Positions 17,566 through 26,849 of a stretch of DNA of 47,938 nt are shown here, piece by piece (the first letter of the stretch is position 1; every line of letters starts with the position of its first letter). The stretch lies in NCBI GenBank assembly GCA_019115345.1, contig DXDV01000237.1:1-47938 (forward strand). Direction: 5' to 3'. This DNA is from Candidatus Intestinimonas stercorigallinarum. Lineage in GTDB: Bacteria; Bacillota; Clostridia; Oscillospirales; Oscillospiraceae. Under the pieces are notes generated by a model. The model had not been told where the DNA came from, made no database searches, and saw nothing but the letters and a program-made list of their open reading frames with translations. Position numbers and translations under genes: made by a program.

Positions 17566-18378
17566 TTATCCCGCCGACAGGTCCAGCCGGGTCACCCGGC
17601 CCGGCTCCAGTTCCAGGGTCTCCTCCCGCCAGCTCCGGCCGGGAGGCGCCCACAGGACGCGGCAGGTATAGGACTTCACCGCCAGGTCCCGCAGGGGCAG
17701 GAAGTAGCGGCCGTTTTGATCCGCCTCGGCGGTGAAAATGGGGAGCACGGTGGCGCCTGCCTTTTTGCAGTCCCGGGTCAGGGGCGCGGCCAGCAGGCAG
17801 CCCCCCTCCACCTCCTCCAGCCGGTCCAGGACGGCGAAGCGCTCGGCTTCCGTCTCTCCCTTGCGCAGCAGGGCGAAGCGCCTGCCCTCCAGGTCGGAGC
17901 CGGTGGGGTCGTAGATCTGCATCAGGCGGCCCCCCTCCGGGCCGTCCGCGCCGTAGTCATACAGCAGCCGCAGGGGCCTGGGGTCGTTCAGGCAGAAGAC
18001 CTGCACGGCGGTGCCCGGCGGGGCGGACCCCTCCAGACAGGTGGTCCGGGAGGGGACGCTGTAATTCCGGTTTGGGGTGAGCCGGAGCTTCACCACCGGG
18101 CGCAGGGGCGGCAGGTCGGCCAGGGTCACCCGGACCGAGGCCGGATGATAGGCCCAGGCCCGGGCGGTGATCTCCAGGGTGGGGGCGGGGCTGTCCAGGA
18201 AGAGGAAATAGCCGTCGCCCTTGCGTACAGGCCGCGCCAGGGTCTCCGACGCGGTGACGCTCAGGTCTGCGGTGGTGATGGGCCGGCCGGTAAAGTCGTC
18301 CAGGACCAGCACGGCCGCCGACACCCTGCGCCGGATGCGCGCCCGGGCCGACAAGTCGGGACTCCACGCTCTGTCCAT
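17566..18378 (-). CDS. CIS-associated hypothetical protein (beta-sandwich / carboxypeptidase-regulatory-like)
   Basis: VLDDFTGRPI, GYFLFLD, L.PNRNY, ADQNGRYFL; directly after the DUF4255 gene; RBS AAGGAG. Confidence 0.6.
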   Translation of the reverse strand: MDRAWSPDLSARARIRRRVSAAVLVLDDFTGRPITTADLSVTASETLARPVRKGDGYFLFLDSPAPTLEITARAWAYHPASVRVTLADLPPLRPVVKLRLTPNRNYSVPSRTTCLEGSAPPGTAVQVFCLNDPRPLRLLYDYGADGPEGGRLMQIYDPTGSDLEGRRFALLRKGETEAERFAVLDRLEEVEGGCLLAAPLTRDCKKAGATVLPIFTAEADQNGRYFLPLRDLAVKSYTCRVLWAPPGRSWREETLELEPGRVTRLDLSAG

Positions 18379-18384
18379 GGTCCA

Positions 18385-18954
18385 CTACTCCTTTATTGTC
18401 AGATCCAGGTCCACCACGCGCTGGACCTGGCGGGTCCGGGCGGACTCCAGCTCCACCGGCTCCACCCGGTAGAAAAGGGAGGTGCGGTAGGCCTGGTTGG
18501 GGACGTTCCAAATGCGCTGCTGGGCCTCCACCTCCAGGGAGAGCATCTTGATCCGCAGGTCCATTCCGGCGGCTTTGGCCACCGGGATGAGGGTGTCGGC
18601 GCTGAGGGCGGCGTTGTCCTCCAAAGTCTGGACCACCTTGCCCAGGATGCGCTGGTCCTCAGAGGCCCGGTGCTTGACGTCGGCCTTGGAATAGGCGGTG
18701 ATCATGTAGGACAAGGTGAGGTAGGTCCCCGGGAAGCGCTGGCGGCCGGGGCCCAGGTCCACCATCTCGGTGGCCCGCAGGTCCTGGTTCTCCCGCACGT
18801 CGTAGAGGTGCAGGCCCAGGACCATGTCCCCCTTGTCCGCGGGGGAGCACAGGCCGATGTCGTCGGGGTTCAGGATGACCTCGGGACACAGGTTGTCCCG
18901 CAGCAGCTTCACCAGCGCCCCGCCCACGTCGGCGATCACGGTATATTTTCCCAT
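18385..18954 (-). CDS. DUF4255 / Pvc16-Afp16-like cap (tail terminator) protein
   Basis: IADVG..L..LL, LGLHLYDVREN..LR, L.LSYMITAY, QRILGKVVQTLED, IW......YRTSLFYRVEPV. Confidence 0.9.
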   Translation of the reverse strand: MGKYTVIADVGGALVKLLRDNLCPEVILNPDDIGLCSPADKGDMVLGLHLYDVRENQDLRATEMVDLGPGRQRFPGTYLTLSYMITAYSKADVKHRASEDQRILGKVVQTLEDNAALSADTLIPVAKAAGMDLRIKMLSLEVEAQQRIWNVPNQAYRTSLFYRVEPVELESARTRQVQRVVDLDLTIKE

Positions 18955-18969
18955 GGCGTTCCACCTCCA

Positions 18970-20805
18970 TCAGGGCAGCACTTCCAGGAGCAGACACTGC
19001 TCCGTCCCGGCGGCAAAGACCGCCTGGACCGTGCCGGAGTCGGTTTGGTAGGTATATATGGTGACCCGGCTCTCGGGGGAGAGGTTGGTGAGCCGGCCGA
19101 AGTAGCGGTTGGACTGGCTGATGGAGATCATCCGCCCCTCTCCCATGGACTCCTGGGCGCTGGACACGGGGTCGCCCAGCGCGGCGGTCAGCTCCTCCCG
19201 GGTCATTCCCACCGTGGCCCCGGCCACCGGGGCGTCGTTCCACACATCCACGCTGACGGCGGCGCCGCTGGCGTCGCTGCGGATGGACAGGCCGATGCCC
19301 TCGGTCTGGTCGGCGTAGACGAGCACGCTCCCGTCGGACAGGGACCAGTCGTCGGGCTGGGCGCGGAACTGCTCCCGGGCCTGGTCGGGGGTCATATCCG
19401 CCAGTGCGCTGTAATCGATGCCGCCGGAGGCGGTCACCGGCCCCTGGTAGAGCTGGGTCTCAGCGGGGGGCTCCGACTCGGCGGGAGGCTCCGGCTCCGT
19501 GGGAGACTCCGACTCGGCAGGAGGCGCGGATTCGGCAGGAGGGGCGGACTCGACGGGGGGCTCCGACGCGGCAGGGGGGACCGACTCCGTGGGAGTCTCC
19601 GCGGCGCTGTCCTGGGCGTCCACCACCACCAGCTGGCCGTCGCGGTACTGCCCGGAGGCCACCACGAAGCCGGTGTCGGGGTCGTACTGGGTGCCGGCGC
19701 CGTGGTAGACCCCCAGTTGGAACTCGCCCTCATAGATGACGGCCCCGGTCTCCGGGTCGTACTCCACGCCGGTGCCGTCGTACCGGCCGGCTCGGAAGCC
19801 GCCCTGGTAGAGGGGGCGCTGGGTCTGGGGGTCGTAGAGGGTGCCCTCCCCCTCGTAGACGCCCTGGTAGAAGGCTCCCTCATAGACCAGCGCGCCGGTG
19901 TCGGCGTCGAACTGCCGCCCCTGGCCCTCGTATTTCCCGGCGGCGTATTCGCCGGAGTAGATGAGGCGTCCGGCCACCGGGTCGTACTCCCGGCCGGTCC
20001 CCTCAAAGGTCCCGGCGGCGAAGCCGCCGGTGTAGGTCACCACGTCGCCGGCGTAGAGGGTGCCCTCGCCGGACATCTCGCCGGCCTGGAAAGCGCCCCG
20101 GTAGAGCACCGAGCCGTTTTGATAGAGGGTCCCCTGGCCCTCGTAGAGGCCGTTGGCGAAGCTGCCCTCGTAGAGGAGGACGCCGTCCTCGGTGTACAGG
20201 GTGCCGCTGCCCTCGTACTGGCCGCCCGAGAAGCCGCCAGAGTACTGGAGCTTGCCGTTGGGCCAGAAGCTCTGCCCCGTGCCCTCGTACTGCTCCATGA
20301 GGAAGCCGCCCTGATAGATCAGGTTGCCCTGGTAGTCGTACAGGGTGCCCTCCCCGGTGATCCGCCCCTCGGACAGGGGGCCCCGGTAGAGGACGGAGCC
20401 GTGCTCCGAGGCGAGGAGCTCCACCTTGCCGGTGTAGCCCACCATTTCGGCGCTGTTGACCACCATGGACGCGGTGAGGAAGCTGCTCCGGATCACCGGA
20501 TGGAGGAACTTCAGGTAGAGGATGGGCAGCACAAGGGCCAGAACGGCGATGATAAAGACCAGCTTCTTGGCCACATAGTAGCTGCCGATGGCGAAGTAGT
20601 CGGCCAGGGACTGGGGCTTCCCGGTGATCAGGTCCTTGGCGCCCCTGCGCACATCGGTCATGACCCGGGTGGTGAAGCCGTTGGGGTTGAGCACCCGGCG
20701 CAGCTTCCGGTAGCCGTTGGTCACCGGCACCGTCAGGATGCGGGTGAGCCGCTGGCTGCTGTATTTCAGGACCTGAAGCAGGCCGGTCTCATTGGTGAAG
20801 CGCAT
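18970..20805 (-). CDS. Membrane-anchored MORN-repeat protein
   Basis: TM LVFIIAVLALVLPILYL; about a dozen YxGxFxxGxYxGxGxLY repeats; PAES-rich linker; C-terminal globular domain. Confidence 0.88.
   Translation of the reverse strand: MRFTNETGLLQVLKYSSQRLTRILTVPVTNGYRKLRRVLNPNGFTTRVMTDVRRGAKDLITGKPQSLADYFAIGSYYVAKKLVFIIAVLALVLPILYLKFLHPVIRSSFLTASMVVNSAEMVGYTGKVELLASEHGSVLYRGPLSEGRITGEGTLYDYQGNLIYQGGFLMEQYEGTGQSFWPNGKLQYSGGFSGGQYEGSGTLYTEDGVLLYEGSFANGLYEGQGTLYQNGSVLYRGAFQAGEMSGEGTLYAGDVVTYTGGFAAGTFEGTGREYDPVAGRLIYSGEYAAGKYEGQGRQFDADTGALVYEGAFYQGVYEGEGTLYDPQTQRPLYQGGFRAGRYDGTGVEYDPETGAVIYEGEFQLGVYHGAGTQYDPDTGFVVASGQYRDGQLVVVDAQDSAAETPTESVPPAASEPPVESAPPAESAPPAESESPTEPEPPAESEPPAETQLYQGPVTASGGIDYSALADMTPDQAREQFRAQPDDWSLSDGSVLVYADQTEGIGLSIRSDASGAAVSVDVWNDAPVAGATVGMTREELTAALGDPVSSAQESMGEGRMISISQSNRYFGRLTNLSPESRVTIYTYQTDSGTVQAVFAAGTEQCLLLEVLP
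19458..19600 (-). repeat. Degenerate 18-bp coding repeat (PPAES-type linker) in the MORN protein
   Basis: TESVPPAASEPPVESAPPAESAPPAESESPTEPEPPAESEPPAET. Confidence 0.75.
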
Positions 20806-20845
20806 TTCTCTCCCCCCGTTTTCCCACGATTCCTACCAGGGTCTG

Positions 20846-21742
20846 TCAAGTCCCGCCTGTCTGCTCCCCTTCGGTGGCTCTGGTCTGGATCTCCACGGTG
20901 CCGATGCGGTCGAAGAGCACCGGCGTCCCCGTGGGCTGGGCCGGCAGCAGCAGGGTATAGAGCAGATAGCAGAAGGCGGCCACCAGCACCAGCCCGGTCA
21001 GCACCGGGCGGACGAAGCGGGAGAGCCGCTTGAGCCGCTCCCACAGCCGGAAGAGCCAGGTGCGGGGCTCCGCCGGGCCGGACAGGGTCCGCGCCAGCAG
21101 CTGCTTGCGCACCTGGTCGTACCCGGCATAGATCTCCAGGTAGCTCTGAAGGCCGGCCTGGTCCAGGGCCTCCAGATAGGCCTCCAGCTCTGGGATGGAT
21201 TTGGCGGACAGCTCGGGCGCGAAGAGGAGCCGCAGCAGCTCGGCCGTCCGGATGCAGATGAAGCCCATATCGGTGTTGAGGCAGTTGTCCATGGACCCGA
21301 AGATGTAGTTGAAGCGGGGGCGCAGGGCGTCGTCCACCGTCACGTTGCCGTCCCGCAGGGCCTCGAACTGGAGCGCGGGGGGCATGTTGAGGAGGGCCAT
21401 CCGCTCCAGCAGGTTCCCCCCGATCTCCAGCCGCTCCCGGAAGCCGAAGTCCCCCTGCTCCAGACGCCGGACCAGGAGGGGCGCGTCGGTGTACCGGAAC
21501 CTGGCGTAGACATCCCCGTCCCGGGAAAAGACCCCCAGGTAGTCCTCAAAGGCCGGGTTGAGCCGCTGGCGGACCAGCATGGGCAGGAGGCAGCGGTGGA
21601 GGGCCGGGTCCCGGAAGCGGGCCAGGGTATACAGCCCGGCGTCCTCATCCTCCGTGTCCTGACAGACGCAGATCTCCGCCCGCTCGTCTCTGCGGAGCAC
21701 CTGGAGCACCACGAACCGCCGTTCCAGCGTCTGTACGATCAT
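20846..21742 (-). CDS. Membrane protein with a degenerate kinase-like cytoplasmic domain and C-terminal TM (tentative)
   Basis: N-terminal RRFVVLQVL..ICVC.D pattern and later L..GNVTVDD..P.F resemble a kinase fold without catalytic motifs; TM VLTGLVLVAAFCYLLYTLLL; RBS GGAGG before ATG 21742. Confidence 0.5.
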   Translation of the reverse strand: MIVQTLERRFVVLQVLRRDERAEICVCQDTEDEDAGLYTLARFRDPALHRCLLPMLVRQRLNPAFEDYLGVFSRDGDVYARFRYTDAPLLVRRLEQGDFGFRERLEIGGNLLERMALLNMPPALQFEALRDGNVTVDDALRPRFNYIFGSMDNCLNTDMGFICIRTAELLRLLFAPELSAKSIPELEAYLEALDQAGLQSYLEIYAGYDQVRKQLLARTLSGPAEPRTWLFRLWERLKRLSRFVRPVLTGLVLVAAFCYLLYTLLLPAQPTGTPVLFDRIGTVEIQTRATEGEQTGGT

Positions 21743-21775
21743 TTCCACACCTCCCGCCCCCCAAAGGGGCTCGTT

Positions 21776-23530
21776 TTACCCTTCCTCCTGAAGGGGGTCC
21801 CGCACCACCACGTAGGTGGAGGCCCGCAGCTCCGGATGGGCCGCGCTCTCGGCCACGATCTCATAGACGCCCACGGTGTTGGGGGCGGTATACATGCCGT
21901 TTTCGTCGATCTCGCCGCCCTGGGGCTCCTGCACGCTCCAGCGCACCCGCTGGTCGGAGACGTTTTCAAACACGGCCTGGAAATACCGGGTCTCCCGCAC
22001 CTCCAGCTCGCACACGTCGGGCCGGATGAAGAGCCGCCGCTGCTCCCGGTCGTGGATGCTCTCCCGGCTGTCCCGCACCGCCGTCCAGTGGACCCGGACA
22101 TGGCGGGCGGAGGTGGGGGCGATGAGCCGCAGGCCGATGACGAAGGTGCCCGTGGTCACGTCCACCTTGGCGGCCAGCTCGGCGTGGACCTCGCCCCCCT
22201 CCTCGTCGAAGATCTCCGGAGAGCCGCAGATCACGGGGGCGTCGTCGTTGATGTTCCAGCCCATCCCCAGGCCCACGTGGACGCTGCCCAGGCCCAGGCC
22301 GTGGGAGAGGGGCGGGGAGAAGAACCGCTGGCCCTCGGTGCCGCCGATGCCCAGATTGATGACCACCGAGCCGGAGGAGACGTTCCGGGGGGCGGCGGGG
22401 GCCCTGGGCGCCAGGGCGGAGGGGGCGGACGCCCCGGACTGGGTCCGAAGCCGCTCCAGCTCCGCCAGGGTGATGTCGTTCATGGCGGCGGAGAGGGAGC
22501 CGTTGAAGACGTACTGCCGGAAGGGCATGTTCTCCACGCTTTCGATGTAGTAGGAGGGGCCCGCCTTGATGAGGGCGATCTTGGCCAGATAGATGCTCTG
22601 CTGGTAGGTGTTGCGGACGATGTCCTCCATGGCGGTGCGGTAGTACTGGTCCATGACGGCCCGGTCGGCGCTGCCGGCGGACACCCGGCACAGGTTGCCG
22701 CCGGCGGCCTGGGCGGTGATGCCCTTGCCCCCCACCAGCAGCTTCAGGCTGTCGGACACCACCTGGGCGCCGCCCTCGGCGTCCTGCACGTCCAGGGCGG
22801 TGAGGGGGAATTCCAGGCGATAGCGGCCGGCCTTGGGGTGCTCCTTCTCGTCGAAGTGGACGTGCAGCCTGTCCCGGCCCTCGTGCTGGAGACAGGTGAG
22901 GGCCAGGTCGTAGTCGAAGGCCACCGGCTGCTGCTGGCCCATGTTCTCCACCACCACGGTGAGGACGGCGGGGCCGCCGGCGGTGAGGAAGCGGCGCAGG
23001 GACTGTTTGATCCGGATGCCGTTGCCCCAGTAGACAGTCTTGGTGTCCTGGTAATAGTTGGCGATGGTGAAGCCCTCGTGCTCCGGCTCCTGGGTGGTGA
23101 AGAAGATGCGGTAGCCCTCGGCGTACTTGTTGTACTCCACCTCGCCGGTGCCCCGGGCGCCGGCGCCGGTGATGCTGTGGACGGGTTCGGTCTCCTGCTC
23201 GGCGTACTCGATGCACAGGTAGAGGTAGCCGTCCTCGCCGGCGGTGTCGTCGTAGCCGTCGATCATGTCCAGCTTGCGGATGATGGGGGCGTCCACCACG
23301 ATCTCCCGGCCGGCAAAGTCCAGGGCCAGGCCCATCTCCACCGAGATGGTCCGGTCGTCCACCCGCACCACGTGCATGCCGCACACCACGCCGCTGCCGT
23401 GGAGGAAGCGGTTGATCATCCGGCGCTTGTCGTTCATGTACTTCTGCTCTGTCTCAAAGTCGTCCACCGTGAGCAGCTTGCCGTAAAAGTAGCGGCTGCG
23501 CGCAAAGGGAAAGTACTTCAGATTTTTCAA
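21776..23530 (-). CDS. CIS baseplate-periphery / fibre-attachment protein with C-terminal Ig-like domain
   Basis: TTG start (MKNLKYFPF); RSRYFYGKLLTVDDFETEQKY...R..NRFLHGSGVVCG and G.ALD..GREIVV are typical of CIS loci; C-terminal VRWSV...GGEIDENGMYTAP. Confidence 0.75.
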   Translation of the reverse strand: MKNLKYFPFARSRYFYGKLLTVDDFETEQKYMNDKRRMINRFLHGSGVVCGMHVVRVDDRTISVEMGLALDFAGREIVVDAPIIRKLDMIDGYDDTAGEDGYLYLCIEYAEQETEPVHSITGAGARGTGEVEYNKYAEGYRIFFTTQEPEHEGFTIANYYQDTKTVYWGNGIRIKQSLRRFLTAGGPAVLTVVVENMGQQQPVAFDYDLALTCLQHEGRDRLHVHFDEKEHPKAGRYRLEFPLTALDVQDAEGGAQVVSDSLKLLVGGKGITAQAAGGNLCRVSAGSADRAVMDQYYRTAMEDIVRNTYQQSIYLAKIALIKAGPSYYIESVENMPFRQYVFNGSLSAAMNDITLAELERLRTQSGASAPSALAPRAPAAPRNVSSGSVVINLGIGGTEGQRFFSPPLSHGLGLGSVHVGLGMGWNINDDAPVICGSPEIFDEEGGEVHAELAAKVDVTTGTFVIGLRLIAPTSARHVRVHWTAVRDSRESIHDREQRRLFIRPDVCELEVRETRYFQAVFENVSDQRVRWSVQEPQGGEIDENGMYTAPNTVGVYEIVAESAAHPELRASTYVVVRDPLQEEG

Positions 23531-23550
23531 TGTCCTCTCCGCCCCTTCAT

Positions 23551-24699
23551 TTATGAAATGCCCCGCTCGGACTCCCCACCCAGCCGGGTGAAGGGCAGAG
23601 CCGAACTGCCGTCCAGGTCCAGGGGCCTGTAACGGTCCAGCGTGCTGTTGATGCCGAGATAGCTGTATTGGTCCAGGAAGAGATAGGGGGTGAGCACCAC
23701 CAGGTTGACCTCCACCCAGGCGGGCTTGGCGTTGTCGATGATCCGCAGCAGCGCCTTGTAGGCGTCGCTGCTCTCCAGGGCGGAGCCGTCCAGGATCATG
23801 GTGACCATGTAGGGGCTCTCGCCGTAGAGCTCCCGCAGCAGGGCGGCCCGGCCCGTGTCGGTGAGGAAGGGCTCCACCTGGCTGTGCTCCACCACCCAGG
23901 GCTCCCGGCCGGTGTAGAGCTTGACCATCTCCACCACGTAGCGCCGGCTCCCCCGGATGCGGTAGAGCTCCATGCCCCGGCGCACCAGGACGCGCAGCTT
24001 CTCCTCCGGCCAGAGGTAGCCGTCCTCCACGTCCAGCCACCCGGCCAGCCACTCCAGGTAGGCGCCGCCCACCACGTCGGGGTCGAAGCGGCGGGCCACC
24101 GAGCGGATGTCCTCGTCCAGGTCATTGTACAGAGACTGGAAGATGCCCAGGAACCGCTCGGTGAAGGAGCGCCCCGCCGGGTCCAGCTGGTAGACCTCGG
24201 GCAGGTACTTCAGCCACGTGTCCTTGGGGAAGCGCAGCTTCAGGTCCCCCACCTCCGGGGACTGCCCTCCCTGGGGCAGCAGCTCCACCCGGAACCACAG
24301 GTAGCGGCCGGTGAGCTCGTGGAGCAGGATGTCCCGGGGGTCCAGGGCGGTTTTGGCCAGCCAGGGCCGGCTGAGCTGCCGCCGGTCCTCATCGGTGAGG
24401 GCCGGGTCTCGGAGCAGGCTGTCCAGGTCCCGCTCCGCCCCACGGAAGGGGAGGGTCCGGCTCTCGGCGCAGTAGAGGGCCACCCGGACGGAGGACTCCC
24501 CCAGGCTGACCGAGTCCATGGTCAGCCGGTGCCACACCGTCTCCTTCTCCCGGCTGTCCAGCAGACGGGACCAGAACACCGCCGGCCGGCCGGGGTCGGC
24601 CGCCCGGATGCGGCCGCCCAGGCAGTCCAGGTTGTCCCCCCAGCCCCGGCGGTAGTCCGCCGGCTTGTTGAATACAAAGTATCTCTGCCGCTGCCTCAC
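23551..24699 (-). CDS. Baseplate wedge / phage tail protein I-like
   Basis: YLPEVYQ...FTERFLGIFQ, FDPD....YLEWLAGWL, LYRIRGS, KPAW motifs. Confidence 0.87.
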   Translation of the reverse strand: MRQRQRYFVFNKPADYRRGWGDNLDCLGGRIRAADPGRPAVFWSRLLDSREKETVWHRLTMDSVSLGESSVRVALYCAESRTLPFRGAERDLDSLLRDPALTDEDRRQLSRPWLAKTALDPRDILLHELTGRYLWFRVELLPQGGQSPEVGDLKLRFPKDTWLKYLPEVYQLDPAGRSFTERFLGIFQSLYNDLDEDIRSVARRFDPDVVGGAYLEWLAGWLDVEDGYLWPEEKLRVLVRRGMELYRIRGSRRYVVEMVKLYTGREPWVVEHSQVEPFLTDTGRAALLRELYGESPYMVTMILDGSALESSDAYKALLRIIDNAKPAWVEVNLVVLTPYLFLDQYSYLGINSTLDRYRPLDLDGSSALPFTRLGGESERGIS

Positions 24700-24713
24700 G
24701 GCCCCTCATCTCC

Positions 24714-26825
24714 TTACTCCGCCGGTCTCACCTGGCAGCTGGCGCTCTTGAGCACCGCCAGGCCGTTGTGGGGCAGGATCACGTCTCCGTTGGTCCCCCG
24801 GGTGATGCCCTTGCCCTGGGCGTCGATGGTCAGTGATTCGATCCCGTGGACGCAGTCCAGGGTGTCGATGATGCCGTAGAGGGCGCTGTACCGCACCGGG
24901 GCGCCGAATTCCCAGCCGCTCCGGAAGAAGGCCGCCACCGCCGCCTGGATGCGGGCCTTGGCGTCCACGTAGTGGGGCTGGGAGAGGATCTCGGCGTAGA
25001 CCGTGATCCTCACATACTCCGGGGCCAGGAGGGAGACCCGGGTGCCCAGCATCCGCCGGTCGTCCAGGTACCGCAGGATGTTGGCCCGGTAGGCGGGGGT
25101 CAGGGTCCGCTCCTGCTCCAGGGAGTAGGGCTCCACCACCACGGTGACGCAGTTTTCCTCCAGGCTCCCGTCCTGCCGGGGCAGCTGGGTCACCGGCACC
25201 GCCTTGCAGTTGGAGATCATCAGCCCCGGCGTCTGCCGGGTCAGGCGCTCAAAATCGTCGTAGGTCACCGCCCGATCGGTCCGCCGCAGCAGCCGCTGGC
25301 AGCGCCGGAAGCCCTCTTCCAGGGGCTCCCGCTCCCGGCCGCCGGAGGCGTCGTCCGGGTTCCACACCCGGAGCTCCTCCGGGGCAAGGCCCAGGCGGAG
25401 CAGCTCCTCCGGGTGGAGAGCGTCCACCCGGCCGGCCTTCACGTTGCCGCCGGACCCCAGGGTCACCGCCTGACCGGCGATGAGGATCTCCCCCTCCGGA
25501 GCCAGGCCGTGGATACAGTCGCCGAAGGCGACGGTGCCCGCCTCCTCGTCCAGAATGTAGTGGCGGTCTTCGGGGGAGGAGGCGTCAAAGTCCTCCACCC
25601 GCTCCCACAGGCTCCAGGCGTCGGGCCGGTCGGGCTCGGCCACCAGGAGCTGGAAGCTGTCGCAGATCTGGCCCTTTTGTTCCAGCTCGTAGCTCTGATG
25701 GGGAAAGCCGTCCCCCAGGGCCAGGCGGCGGCTCCGGGCAAAGCCCGGCCGCCAGGTGAGGAGGAGGGCCTCCCCCTCCTCCACGCCGGGGAGGGCAAAG
25801 CGGACGCCCTCCGGGCCGTTTTCCCGGACCGCGTGGGGCGCCGGACGCCAAAAGCCGTCCGGACCGGCCAGGTAGAGCTGGTATTCCCCGTCGGCGTCCA
25901 GCAGGTGCCCGCCGGAGACCGCGCCGTCCCTCACCGGGCGGCGGGCGCAGGCCGCCAGGGTCTCCCGCTGCACGGCGGGGATGAACTCGTCGCTGAGCCC
26001 CACGATCACCGGAGGCACGTCATAGGCTCCGTGCACCAGCCGGACCCGCAGCCAGGCGCCGTCCCCCAGGAGGGGGCGGTCCTCCTCCGCCATGGCCGAC
26101 GCCGGCTGGTCCTCCCCGGCCGGGGAGAGGGCCACGTCTCCGCTGAAGAGAAGGCCGCAGGTCCCGTCCAACAGGACCTCCATGGGCCGCCAGCCCTCCG
26201 GCCCGAGCTCCTCCCAGACCAGCCGGGTCAGGGGGATCACCTCCTCCTCCGGCGGGTTGCGGCGGGTGGGCCAGTCCTGGTACACCCAGAGGTGGAGGTA
26301 CAGGGGGGCGCTCTGGTCCATGGGGCCGTCGAACCGGAGGTACCAGGCCGCGCCGGGCCTGGGGGTCCGGCCGAACACCTCCAGGCGCACCTTGCCCGCC
26401 GCGGCGTCGGCCCCGGCGGAGAAGGGACACCGCCGGGCGCCGTCCCAGGTAAAGCCGCCGGTGAGCTTCCCCCGGGACAGCGCCGCCGGGCGCAGGGTCT
26501 CGAAGGGGATCTCCCCCGCCAGCAGGCGGGCCCCGGCGGGGAGGGTCCCCCGGCCGCCGGAGAGGATGACCCCTGTCCGGGCGGGGGCGCGGCGCTGCCG
26601 GGCTGTGCCCAGCAGCTTGAGGTATTTCTGCTGGTTCCGGGGACCGATCTGGTCGAGATGATACTGCTGGCTCTCCTTCAGGAAGGCAAAGAGCTCCAGA
26701 AAGGTGATGCCCGGGTCGTGATGGTTGAAGTCGGTCCAGTCCGGGGCCAGCCGGGGGATCATGCTCCTGGCCTGCTCGGAGATCTCCTGAAAGCGCTCAT
26801 CATCCAGAATGGGGATGGGCAGCAT
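24714..26825 (-). CDS. Baseplate J-like (gp6/gp47) wedge protein
   Basis: LDDERF..IP..APDWTDFNHHDPGITFLELFA, FGD..HG..P, GGNV, RAVTYDDFE, RRMLGTRV; RBS AGGAGGTG before ATG 26825. Confidence 0.92.
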   Translation of the reverse strand: MLPIPILDDERFQEISEQARSMIPRLAPDWTDFNHHDPGITFLELFAFLKESQQYHLDQIGPRNQQKYLKLLGTARQRRAPARTGVILSGGRGTLPAGARLLAGEIPFETLRPAALSRGKLTGGFTWDGARRCPFSAGADAAAGKVRLEVFGRTPRPGAAWYLRFDGPMDQSAPLYLHLWVYQDWPTRRNPPEEEVIPLTRLVWEELGPEGWRPMEVLLDGTCGLLFSGDVALSPAGEDQPASAMAEEDRPLLGDGAWLRVRLVHGAYDVPPVIVGLSDEFIPAVQRETLAACARRPVRDGAVSGGHLLDADGEYQLYLAGPDGFWRPAPHAVRENGPEGVRFALPGVEEGEALLLTWRPGFARSRRLALGDGFPHQSYELEQKGQICDSFQLLVAEPDRPDAWSLWERVEDFDASSPEDRHYILDEEAGTVAFGDCIHGLAPEGEILIAGQAVTLGSGGNVKAGRVDALHPEELLRLGLAPEELRVWNPDDASGGREREPLEEGFRRCQRLLRRTDRAVTYDDFERLTRQTPGLMISNCKAVPVTQLPRQDGSLEENCVTVVVEPYSLEQERTLTPAYRANILRYLDDRRMLGTRVSLLAPEYVRITVYAEILSQPHYVDAKARIQAAVAAFFRSGWEFGAPVRYSALYGIIDTLDCVHGIESLTIDAQGKGITRGTNGDVILPHNGLAVLKSASCQVRPAE

Positions 26826-26849
26826 GGGGTCCACCTCCTGGTCCGCGGA

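Noticed and set aside
14826-23632. Long plus-strand ORFs 14826-17540, 17434-21033 and 20792-23632
   Set aside because: Each overlaps well-supported minus-strand genes and has composition typical of antisense frames.
23531-24052. N-terminal extension of ORF 21776-24052, and similar extensions to 5979, 14820, 39797, 42818, 46396 and 47541
   Set aside because: They overlap upstream genes, terminators or promoters; downstream starts have RBS signals or match family N-termini.
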